A stretch of 64,000 nucleotides of DNA from a virus (taxonomy: Duplodnaviria; Heunggongvirae; Uroviricota; Caudoviricetes). Location: IMG/VR virus record IMGVR_UViG_2687453424_000001; one strand, given 5' to 3'. A program made the translations under genes and the position numbers. The notes beneath the pieces were generated by a model that had not been told where the DNA came from, searched no databases, and was given only the letters and a program-made list of their open reading frames with translations. Each line of letters begins with the position of its first letter. The first letter of the stretch is position 1. Of this stretch, positions 1 through 11,600 are shown one piece after another.

Positions 1-95
1 AGTTGCCATCATGGACCTAATTAAGAACATCAAAACAAGTTAGTCGTAAGATGAACAGCCGCACCATAATCGGATGGCTGGCATGAAATTCTCAC

Positions 96-550
96 CTGAG
101 CCCTTCGCCACAAGCTACAAGCAGCTTAGCATCCTTGTCAGGAACAGCAGCTTCTACCTCCCGGATGAAATTAGGATTAATCATGGTAAAGTTTTGGCCA
201 GTCCACAGGCCAATGTAGCCAAAATGAACCCACTTCTTCAAAAGAGTAATGGGACTATTGTCCATGTCCTTGACGAAGAGGGGCACGTGAACTGACCCTT
301 TGACGTGCGCTTTTTCTCGCTCCCACTCGGGTCTGATGTCAAGTAACCTGAACCCCTCGGAATTCATGGCCGTAGCTGCGTCCTTCGGCGGTATAGGCTT
401 CACCTCCCCCGACTGAATTAGCTGCAGGGCGTTGCTTGACGCGGCAGCCACCCTAAAGGTTCGGGTTTTTGAGGAAGTGAAGAAAGGCGGCTGCGGTTGC
501 TTCTCTTGCTTCAGCGTTGATGCCCGGAAGTGGTTCAGTTGAATCGCCAT
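96..550 (-). CDS. Rhodanese-like (sulfurtransferase) domain protein, first coding exon only; gene continues beyond the left edge of the window
   Basis: Minus-strand ORF 92..625 reads MAIQLNHFRAS...LLDIRPEWEREKAHVKGSVHVPLF...LLVACGEGLR: Ser/Thr-rich N-terminus typical of a plastid transit peptide, then a rhodanese fold with the CxxGxR active-site loop. The ORF's terminal AGG|TGA doubles as an AG|GTGAGA splice donor at 96/95, so the stop is not real. Start taken at the MAIQ Met (550); the frame stays open upstream to 625. Confidence 0.75.
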
Positions 551-1221
551 CTTTTTTTCTCTTATCCTGAAAATAGTTTGTCTTTCTTCACTTCTAAAGC
601 TTTGTTGGAGCTTGGAGGAGCCCACGACGGTTTTTTGTCAATGGTTTTGTTTTTTCAACATTCGCCCCTTGAGTTTTGTATTATTCTGAAATTGACCCAC
701 CAAAGTTTTGTTTTTCTGAGGCAACCCACCAAAGTTATTTGAGGCTCAATTTTATGTCAGCAATGATATCTATGTCCCTTCAGGATAAACGCATTAATTT
801 ATTATAAGAGAATAAATTGTCTGAATTGAAGTACACATTATTTGGCATAAATTTTGTAAAAATCTTTATATTATACTTATTTATTTAAGTAAACCCTTAA
901 CATTTTATTACATTCAATTAATTCATTTATTTTTATTTTAAATCAAATAAAAATTTTAATTTAATAAAAATGCATTCACAATTAGATTTAATACCAATTG
1001 TTTTTTTAATCACATGACATATAATTTAATTATTTGTAATTACGTCGTAGAATTAGAATTAAGAAAATGATTGATGGATGTAACTTTTTTTTTCATTTTA
1101 ATTTGTGATAAAAATATATAATTCTAAACTTCACTTGTTGATATCATAAACTTCAAATTACACACAAATTTTATTTTAAGACTATCTTTTTTTCTATGTT
1201 TTTCTTAATTCTATAAAATTT

Positions 1222-4200
1222 NNNNNNNNNNNNNNNNNNNNNNNNNNNNNNNNNNNNNNNNNNNNNNNNNNNNNNNNNNNNNNNNNNNNNNNNNNNNNNN
1301 NNNNNNNNNNNNNNNNNNNNNNNNNNNNNNNNNNNNNNNNNNNNNNNNNNNNNNNNNNNNNNNNNNNNNNNNNNNNNNNNNNNNNNNNNNNNNNNNNNNN
1401 NNNNNNNNNNNNNNNNNNNNNNNNNNNNNNNNNNNNNNNNNNNNNNNNNNNNNNNNNNNNNNNNNNNNNNNNNNNNNNNNNNNNNNNNNNNNNNNNNNNN
1501 NNNNNNNNNNNNNNNNNNNNNNNNNNNNNNNNNNNNNNNNNNNNNNNNNNNNNNNNNNNNNNNNNNNNNNNNNNNNNNNNNNNNNNNNNNNNNNNNNNNN
1601 NNNNNNNNNNNNNNNNNNNNNNNNNNNNNNNNNNNNNNNNNNNNNNNNNNNNNNNNNNNNNNNNNNNNNNNNNNNNNNNNNNNNNNNNNNNNNNNNNNNN
1701 NNNNNNNNNNNNNNNNNNNNNNNNNNNNNNNNNNNNNNNNNNNNNNNNNNNNNNNNNNNNNNNNNNNNNNNNNNNNNNNNNNNNNNNNNNNNNNNNNNNN
1801 NNNNNNNNNNNNNNNNNNNNNNNNNNNNNNNNNNNNNNNNNNNNNNNNNNNNNNNNNNNNNNNNNNNNNNNNNNNNNNNNNNNNNNNNNNNNNNNNNNNN
1901 NNNNNNNNNNNNNNNNNNNNNNNNNNNNNNNNNNNNNNNNNNNNNNNNNNNNNNNNNNNNNNNNNNNNNNNNNNNNNNNNNNNNNNNNNNNNNNNNNNNN
2001 NNNNNNNNNNNNNNNNNNNNNNNNNNNNNNNNNNNNNNNNNNNNNNNNNNNNNNNNNNNNNNNNNNNNNNNNNNNNNNNNNNNNNNNNNNNNNNNNNNNN
2101 NNNNNNNNNNNNNNNNNNNNNNNNNNNNNNNNNNNNNNNNNNNNNNNNNNNNNNNNNNNNNNNNNNNNNNNNNNNNNNNNNNNNNNNNNNNNNNNNNNNN
2201 NNNNNNNNNNNNNNNNNNNNNNNNNNNNNNNNNNNNNNNNNNNNNNNNNNNNNNNNNNNNNNNNNNNNNNNNNNNNNNNNNNNNNNNNNNNNNNNNNNNN
2301 NNNNNNNNNNNNNNNNNNNNNNNNNNNNNNNNNNNNNNNNNNNNNNNNNNNNNNNNNNNNNNNNNNNNNNNNNNNNNNNNNNNNNNNNNNNNNNNNNNNN
2401 NNNNNNNNNNNNNNNNNNNNNNNNNNNNNNNNNNNNNNNNNNNNNNNNNNNNNNNNNNNNNNNNNNNNNNNNNNNNNNNNNNNNNNNNNNNNNNNNNNNN
2501 NNNNNNNNNNNNNNNNNNNNNNNNNNNNNNNNNNNNNNNNNNNNNNNNNNNNNNNNNNNNNNNNNNNNNNNNNNNNNNNNNNNNNNNNNNNNNNNNNNNN
2601 NNNNNNNNNNNNNNNNNNNNNNNNNNNNNNNNNNNNNNNNNNNNNNNNNNNNNNNNNNNNNNNNNNNNNNNNNNNNNNNNNNNNNNNNNNNNNNNNNNNN
2701 NNNNNNNNNNNNNNNNNNNNNNNNNNNNNNNNNNNNNNNNNNNNNNNNNNNNNNNNNNNNNNNNNNNNNNNNNNNNNNNNNNNNNNNNNNNNNNNNNNNN
2801 NNNNNNNNNNNNNNNNNNNNNNNNNNNNNNNNNNNNNNNNNNNNNNNNNNNNNNNNNNNNNNNNNNNNNNNNNNNNNNNNNNNNNNNNNNNNNNNNNNNN
2901 NNNNNNNNNNNNNNNNNNNNNNNNNNNNNNNNNNNNNNNNNNNNNNNNNNNNNNNNNNNNNNNNNNNNNNNNNNNNNNNNNNNNNNNNNNNNNNNNNNNN
3001 NNNNNNNNNNNNNNNNNNNNNNNNNNNNNNNNNNNNNNNNNNNNNNNNNNNNNNNNNNNNNNNNNNNNNNNNNNNNNNNNNNNNNNNNNNNNNNNNNNNN
3101 NNNNNNNNNNNNNNNNNNNNNNNNNNNNNNNNNNNNNNNNNNNNNNNNNNNNNNNNNNNNNNNNNNNNNNNNNNNNNNNNNNNNNNNNNNNNNNNNNNNN
3201 NNNNNNNNNNNNNNNNNNNNNNNNNNNNNNNNNNNNNNNNNNNNNNNNNNNNNNNNNNNNNNNNNNNNNNNNNNNNNNNNNNNNNNNNNNNNNNNNNNNN
3301 NNNNNNNNNNNNNNNNNNNNNNNNNNNNNNNNNNNNNNNNNNNNNNNNNNNNNNNNNNNNNNNNNNNNNNNNNNNNNNNNNNNNNNNNNNNNNNNNNNNN
3401 NNNNNNNNNNNNNNNNNNNNNNNNNNNNNNNNNNNNNNNNNNNNNNNNNNNNNNNNNNNNNNNNNNNNNNNNNNNNNNNNNNNNNNNNNNNNNNNNNNNN
3501 NNNNNNNNNNNNNNNNNNNNNNNNNNNNNNNNNNNNNNNNNNNNNNNNNNNNNNNNNNNNNNNNNNNNNNNNNNNNNNNNNNNNNNNNNNNNNNNNNNNN
3601 NNNNNNNNNNNNNNNNNNNNNNNNNNNNNNNNNNNNNNNNNNNNNNNNNNNNNNNNNNNNNNNNNNNNNNNNNNNNNNNNNNNNNNNNNNNNNNNNNNNN
3701 NNNNNNNNNNNNNNNNNNNNNNNNNNNNNNNNNNNNNNNNNNNNNNNNNNNNNNNNNNNNNNNNNNNNNNNNNNNNNNNNNNNNNNNNNNNNNNNNNNNN
3801 NNNNNNNNNNNNNNNNNNNNNNNNNNNNNNNNNNNNNNNNNNNNNNNNNNNNNNNNNNNNNNNNNNNNNNNNNNNNNNNNNNNNNNNNNNNNNNNNNNNN
3901 NNNNNNNNNNNNNNNNNNNNNNNNNNNNNNNNNNNNNNNNNNNNNNNNNNNNNNNNNNNNNNNNNNNNNNNNNNNNNNNNNNNNNNNNNNNNNNNNNNNN
4001 NNNNNNNNNNNNNNNNNNNNNNNNNNNNNNNNNNNNNNNNNNNNNNNNNNNNNNNNNNNNNNNNNNNNNNNNNNNNNNNNNNNNNNNNNNNNNNNNNNNN
4101 NNNNNNNNNNNNNNNNNNNNNNNNNNNNNNNNNNNNNNNNNNNNNNNNNNNNNNNNNNNNNNNNNNNNNNNNNNNNNNNNNNNNNNNNNNNNNNNNNNNN

Positions 4201-5506
4201 NNNNNNNNNNNNNNNNNNNNNNNNNNNNNNNNNNNNNNNNNNNNNNNNNNNNNNNNNNNNNNNNNNNNNNNNNNNNNNNNNNNNNNNNNNNNNNNNNNNN
4301 NNNNNNNNNNNNNNNNNNNNNNNNNNNNNNNNNNNNNNNNNNNNNNNNNNNNNNNNNNNNNNNNNNNNNNNNNNNNNNNNNNNNNNNNNNNNNNNNNNNN
4401 NNNNNNNNNNNNNNNNNNNNNNNNNNNNNNNNNNNNNNNNNNNNNNNNNNNNNNNNNNNNNNNNNNNNNNNNNNNNNNNNNNNNNNNNNNNNNNNNNNNN
4501 NNNNNNNNNNNNNNNNNNNNNNNNNNNNNNNNNNNNNNNNNNNNNNNNNNNNNNNNNNNNNNNNNNNNNNNNNNNNNNNNNNNNNNNNNNNNNNNNNNNN
4601 NNNNNNNNNNNNNNNNNNNNNNNNNNNNNNNNNNNNNNNNNNNNNNNNNNNNNNNNNNNNNNNNNNNNNNNNNNNNNNNNNNNNNNNNNNNNNNNNNNNN
4701 NNNNNNNNNNNNNNNNNNNNNNNNNNNNNNNNNNNNNNNNNNNNNNNNNNNNNNNNNNNNNNNNNNNNNNNNNNNNNNNNNNNNNNNNNNNNNNNNNNNN
4801 NNNNNNNNNNNNNNNNNNNNNNNNNNNNNNNNNNNNNNNNNNNNNNNNNNNNNNNNNNNNNNNNNNNNNNNNNNNNNNNNNNNNNNNNNNNNNNNNNNNN
4901 NNNNNNNNNNNNNNNNNNNNNNNNNNNNNNNNNNNNNNNNNNNNNNNNNNNNNNNNNNNNNNNNNNNNNNNNNNNNNNNNNNNNNNNNNNNNNNNNNNNN
5001 NNNNNNNNNNNNNNNNNNNNNNNNNNNNNNNNNNNNNNNNNNNNNNNNNNNNNNNNNNNNNNNNNNNNNNNNNNNNNNNNNNNNNNNNNNNNNNNNNNNN
5101 NNNNNNNNNNNNNNNNNNNNNNNNNNNNNNNNNNNNNNNNNNNNNNNNNNNNNNNNNNNNNNNNNNNNNNNNNNNNNNNNNNNNNNNNNNNNNNNNNNNN
5201 NNNNNNNNNNNNNNNNNNNNNNNNNNNNNNNNNNNNNNNNNNNNNNNNNNNNNNNNNNNNNNNNNNNNNNNNNNNNNNNNNNNNNNNNNNNNNNNNNNNN
5301 NNNNNNNNNNNNNNNNNNNNNNNNNNNNNNNNNNNNNNNNNNNNNNNNNNNNNNNNNNNNNNNNNNNNNNNNNNNNNNNNNNNNNNNNNNNNNNNNNNNN
5401 NNNNNNNNNNNNNNNNNNNNNNNNNNNNNNNNNNNNNNNNNNNNNNNNNNNNNNNNNNNNNNNNNNNNNNNNNNNNNNNNNNNNNNNNNNNNNNNNNNNN
5501 NNNNNN
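1222..5506. other. N-run (undetermined or masked sequence), 4285 bp
   Basis: Continuous n; boundaries confirmed by where X residues start and stop in three overlapping ORF-track entries. Confidence 0.99.
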
Positions 5507-5621
5507 CCAATCGCTTCCTCCAATTGAAATCAACAACTAAAACAAACAAACAAACAAAAAATAGCCTTCATGAAATAAAACGGTGAATTGTTACGGTTTC
5601 TTTTTTCTAGTTTTCTTTGTA

Positions 5622-8600
5622 ATGGTGGGGATCATGAATCCAGTTTCGAGAGAAAAGCTCGCGAGTTTGTTCAACTCAGTGAAGCTAGCTGTAGACTTAG
5701 CTTCGAAGCTGGATCTTTCTCATCAATTGAAGCAAACTTTGTTGGAGGAAGACGCCGCTGCCCTCTCCGAGTTCCTTCCTCGCCTCTTCGACCTTTACTC
5801 TGACCCGTCCGGTCCGGTTCGCAAGCTCGCCACCGAGTAGGCTCCTCTGAAATCCCTAGCTCAATCCGCGTTATCTTAGCTGTTTTATTACTTATAAATT
5901 GAAGTATATTTCGTTCTTTTTTTAAAATTAAATGTAGGATTATTGGTGAAATTGGAGTGAAAAACCTCGATTTTGTACCTGAAATTGCACCGTTTCTGAT
6001 AACTGTTTTGGAAGATGCTACACCTGCTGTTGCTCGACAATCTATTGCTTGCAGCATTGATTTGTTTCGTCTTACACTCGAAAAAATTGCAATTCAGGTG
6101 TGTTTACATTCTAACTCATAATTTGAATTGTCTTAGTTCATATCTTAATTTGCTTTTATAGAATATTAATCTGTGAATACTAGCTTTTCAGGGATAGAAT
6201 TTTTCTTATAAGCGAAAACTATTATAGTTATGTCTTTGCTTGCTGTTACATTGTGTTAATTTGAGTTCATCGAGTTTCCATGAGGTGATAATTTGGCATT
6301 ATTTTAAGCTCTGTATTGACCTGTCATTGGGCAGTAGGCTATTCGAAGCCTGCTAACTTTCTGATGTACCCTTTACAAGTTCACATGCTTATTATCTTTG
6401 TTTCAGGGTCTATACTCTAGTGAATTGGACAGTGATCTTGAAGCATCATGGTCATGGATGTTAAAGCTAAAGGAGAAGATATACTCTATAGCTTTTCAGG
6501 TAGGAATTGATTTTTTTAGTTTCATGAAAACTGAAATTTGTTCATTGCCTGATTAATTGTAAAATTTGATCAGCCAGGAAGTGGTGGGATAAGATTGGTG
6601 GCACTGAAGTTTGTTGAAGCAGTTATTCTGCTTTATACTCCAGATCCTACTGGCTCTCCAGAGGCCCCTCCTGATGAAGGTAATTAATTTAGATTTTCTC
6701 TTCAGTGTTGGCAGGCTTGAAGATTGTCATTTATATGTTATTATACTAGCACTAAGTGTTTTTTATATCTTCTATTCAATTGATTTTGTAGGAACTCCTG
6801 TAGAATTTAATGCAACTTGGCTTTGTGGGGGCCATCCTTTACTCAATGTTGGGGATTTGTCGATTGAAGCTAGCCAACAGTTGGGTTTGTTGCTTGATCA
6901 GCTTAGATTTCCAATAGTAAAATCTCTCACCAACTCGGTGATTGTTGTGCTTATTAACAGGTATGCTGTCTACTCTCTTGTTTGTCAACTGCAACTTATT
7001 TCCTGGCATTTAGTACATCAGGATATATGGAATCTCTATCTCTAATCCTGACGTGAATAAGTAGGAAATGCACATCTCTGTAGAATTGTTATAATTTCCA
7101 ATACTTGTGTAATGAAGAGAATTGAAAATTTTATATGTAAAATAGTTTCATCACAAGTCATGTGTGGGAAAAGTATTATGGTGTACTTTTATCTGTTAAT
7201 ATAAATCTTTAAAAGTGCACCTTTGTTACTGTACTTAATTTAAGACATCAACCTCACTTCAAATTGTGCTTCACACTTTTGGTTTTATTGCTGCGTTTAC
7301 TTTCTAGTTTTTCAATTTGTTTTCATCTTGTCTTGTCTTTGATGTCAGTCTTTCAGGTATTGCAAAGAAACGGCCTGCATATTATGGACGTATTCTATCA
7401 GTTTTGCTTGGTTTGGATTCCCCAAGTGTTGTTATCAAAGGGGTTCATGTCTATGGAGCACATCATGCTTTAAAAAATGCCTTACTCTCCTGCTTGAAAT
7501 GTACACACCCAAGTGCTGCGCCGGTATTTATTTTATACTAAACATGCTCTTTTAGTGAGGTTGCATCTCCCTTCCATACTTTGGTGTTTCTTTTACATTT
7601 TACTTAATCAATGATGATGTATATTATACTTGCTTTTCATGTACCTTAAAAGTATGGGAATTTGTGAGTTGAATAGGTAGTGGATTTTATTTCGGAAATG
7701 GTGAATGGGTCCATTAAACTGTTTGACATGTGCCTTTTTCTTTTCTAATCAATGATTTGAAAGATGTCTAATGAGTTTAGTACACTGAGCGTGTTTCTTA
7801 ATAAGGTACCCATTACTTATTCTGTACTTGTTTACTTAGCATTATCTACAGTGAATAAGCACTCTTTTTACTTAGCATCCACTGCACACAAAAGTTGAGT
7901 GCCTTACCCACTTTTGATATGTACTTTGTTTTTGGTTTATACAGTGGAGGGATCGTGTACTTGGTGCCTTGAGAGAGATGAAAGCTGGAGGACTAGCAGA
8001 GCCAGCTCTAAACCAAGTTCTTAAAACTAATGGAAGTGTGGAAGAGGGAAAAGATGATTCTTCGGTTATTAAGGTATCAACACTGTTGTTGCCTGTATTC
8101 TATGATTTTTGGCATCTGTATGTGCTGCCTTGTGCAATCTTATGTTAGCACATGGACGTATATGCATATGTATGGGACTTTTAATAATAGGTTTCAGAAC
8201 TTACAGGAAGAAAAACCCTTGGTTAGAGCACGTGATGCTGCTGGTAGCAATATGGGGAGGAAAAGATCTGTAACTGAGGACAGTAGTGATTTGGCTGAAA
8301 ATGATGATGTGTCTGGCAAACGTGTCAGGTCAACACCTAGTGTCTCAGAAGAGTCAACAAAAGAGTTAAACAGGAATACTACTACGTCTCAGGGTGACAT
8401 TTGTTCAACTCAACCAACCATTAATAAAGGAGATGTTGATACTGGACCGGTCCAGCAACTTGTTGCCATGTTTGGTGCCTTGGTTGCTCAAGGAGAAAAA
8501 GCTGTGGGATCTTTGGGGATTCTTATTTCAAGCATATCTGCTGACTTGCTGGCTGAGGTAGTGATGGCTAACATGCGTAACCTTCCTCCCGATCATCCTC

Positions 8601-11600
8601 ACACTGATGGGGATGATGAATTGCTGGAGAACATGAGCATAGTTGGAAGTGACACTCAAGCCAAGTATCCACCATCATTCTTAGCTGACGTTGTTTCGTT
8701 GTCGAGTACTTTCCCCCCAATAGCCTCACTGCTAAACTCCCAGCTGTCTGTTTCCAATAAAATAGTGGTATGATTTTTTCCATCAGGAGATGTTATACAC
8801 ATGATAAAGACCACAATTAATGCATACAACTCATGTCTATAAAGTTGCAATTAGGTTTTTAGTGGATGCCTAATTATTTTTGATGGATTTGGAGGGCTTA
8901 AATTTGTTTTTGACTGTACCAAAGATGGGCCTATAAACAAATGCATAAATTTGTTGTAGGGTCAGTTGTCTTGACATCAACACCTTTCTTGTCTTTAATT
9001 TTGCCTGTATCATTTGTGCATTCCTGTTTGTTCTTGGTCCAACTTCTTTGTGGTTTATACTTTTCAATGCTTTTGTGATCTGTGGTGCTTATTTGCTTTG
9101 TTAACATGTCTATTTTGTTGAAGATACAGAAAACAGAAGGGGAGGAAGAAGTTGATGTTGTGGCTGGCCCTAATAATGCTGTTGCATATGCTGGCATGGC
9201 TCACGAAGCCGAACATGCTCTTTTGGCTACTGATTTACCAGTTTCTTCTGACATTGTTTTGCCTGGAAAGGTGAAGATTGATCTACCTCCTCCATCTGAT
9301 ATCCATGATGTGGGGTATCTTGAAAGTGAGATACCTGGCTTGGATTCTTCTGTTCGTACTGATGGATTGTCAGACACCCAAACTGCTTCTTCATTGGTCT
9401 CTACTGATCTAGAAGATGCTAGTCAAGAGCAAGTTACTAGTTTTGGTGGAAGGTCACCACTGCATGTGCTTCCATCAATTTCAACAGATAGGTCTGAGGA
9501 GCTTAGTCCAAAAGCAGCTGTTATGGATTCCAACAGCCTGATTTCCTCAACAGCAACTTCTGTTGTTTCGTCTTATATTGCCTTGCCCAAGATGTCAGCA
9601 CCTGTTGTCAATCTTTCTGATGATCAGAAGGATGATTTGCAAAAGTTGGCTTTTATACGTATCATTGAGGCATATAAGCAAATAGCTCTATCTGGAAGTT
9701 TGCAAGTTCACTTTTCTCTGCTTGCTTATCTAGGAGTCGAGGTTGTAGTTCTGACTTTTCAATGATGTTTATATCTTTCTACTGATAGCATCTAGTTGGG
9801 ATATATTTGTTATTATAATGTCCTGCTAGTTTTGACATTCTGTATTAAATATGTTTATGCCTTTCTTTTATCAGTTGCCGTCGGAGTTAGACCTACAGAA
9901 ACTGCTACGAGAACACGTTTTGTCAGATTATATAAATCACCAGGTAACTGGATATGCCAACCTCTATTCATGTTTGGATGTGCCTCAATTGTTGACTAGA
10001 CATGACTTTAATTACGACTTTATAGCTGAAACATGATGGAAGGAAATCAAATCCTATTGACATCATCTCTCTCTCTTTTCAATCTATCTTTCTATCTATC
10101 ACATGTATGATTTAGCATTTTTCAACATATGGTCTAATACACTGTTGGAGCAAACACTTCCTGACAGCGGAGACCATCATTATCTTTTAGTATCACCTCA
10201 ACCTTTCAAATCTGCTCATTTTTACTTGTTTTTGTTGTCAATTGATTTTTCAAAGGAATGCTTTGTTGTTCATTAAATTCATCCAAAATCCATGCTAGCT
10301 GACAATAGTTGTTGGATGGCTCAGGGACACGAGTTGACATTGCGTGTCCTCTACAGGTTATTTGGCGAGGCAGAAGAGGAAAGCGATTTCTTCTCATGTA
10401 CAACTGCTGCTTCTGCATATGAAACATTCCTTCTGGCTGTTGTATGTATTAGTTTTACTATGCCTATCTGGTTCTTCCCCTGAGAAGCCCATCTTTCTGA
10501 GGAAATTTCTGTAAATGCAGGCCGAAACTCTTAGGGACTCTTTTCCACCTTCAGACAAATCTTTAAGTAAACTTCTTGGTGAAGCTCCTCGCCTGCCAAA
10601 GTCAGTTTTGAATTTATTAGAGTGTTTGTGTTCTCCTGGAATCTCAGAGAAAGCTGAGAATGAGTCACAAAGCGGAGATAGAGTTACTCAAGGCCTCAGC
10701 ACTGTATGGAGCCTAATTCTACTGAGACCTCCCATTCGTGATGTGTGCTTGAAAATTGCTTTGAAGGTTTGTGATTTTTCTTGGATAATGGAGCTTAATT
10801 GAAGTTTCATTTCCTTATCTTCTGTTTGACTTTTATTTTCTCTTTACCTCTTAAAGAGTGCAGTTCATCACTTGGAGGAAGTCCGAATGAAAGCAATACG
10901 TCTGGTAATTGTTCACAACTTGCCATTTAAGTAATTAGTGGCTGCTTTCTGTGATCGATTTTATGATTGAGGATGTCTTTCATTTTATAGGTAGCAAATA
11001 AGCTTTATCCTTTATCATCCATTGCTCAACAAATAGAAGATTTTGCAAGGGAAATGCTGCTCTCTGTAGTAAATGGCGATGGTATAGAAAGAACAGATGC
11101 TGAAGGATCCATTACTGAACCACAAAAGGTAACCATATCAGACCTTTGTGATTTAAAATGCTTTTGTCTCCAACTTGATTATGTACGGTTTGTTTTGCAT
11201 AATTCAGAAAATTTTTTATATCTGGTTGAAATTGGAATACTGTGATGTTGTTTTTGAACACTATCTGGTTGTGAGAACATTGAAGGAGTATATGTTCACA
11301 CAAATATATGGATGTATAGTTATGTATGTGTGTTTTCCTATATATGGAGTTAATTACATGAAACTATTACCAGGTGCAAAAAAATGTCAGGAGCTACTAG
11401 TTGTCTTAGAATTTCCTGTGTTGTATATGCATTTTCCTTTTTTATCTTTTCTCTTCTTTTTTGGAGGGCTGGGGGTGTTGGGTGTGGGGAAGGGAAAGGA
11501 AGGAAGAGGTAAATTGTCTTTGCTGTCCGGTGCGTGATTAAATTTTAGCTATTTTCTTTGCTGGTTAGTAGTCAAGCCTGGACATTATCTATCATTGGAC

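Noticed and set aside
74-742. Plus-strand ORFs 74..295 and 530..742
   Set aside because: They overlap the rhodanese exon antisense or its 5' region and have no recognisable domain; the minus-strand frame carries the conserved rhodanese motifs.
1171-5549. Very long ORF-track entries (1171..5523, 1194..5549, 1211..5536 and the equivalents over 33402..37951, 38668..42177, 45404..50345) translating to runs of X
   Set aside because: They are artefacts of translating N-runs; the short real residues at their ends are intergenic or AT-rich flank, not genes.
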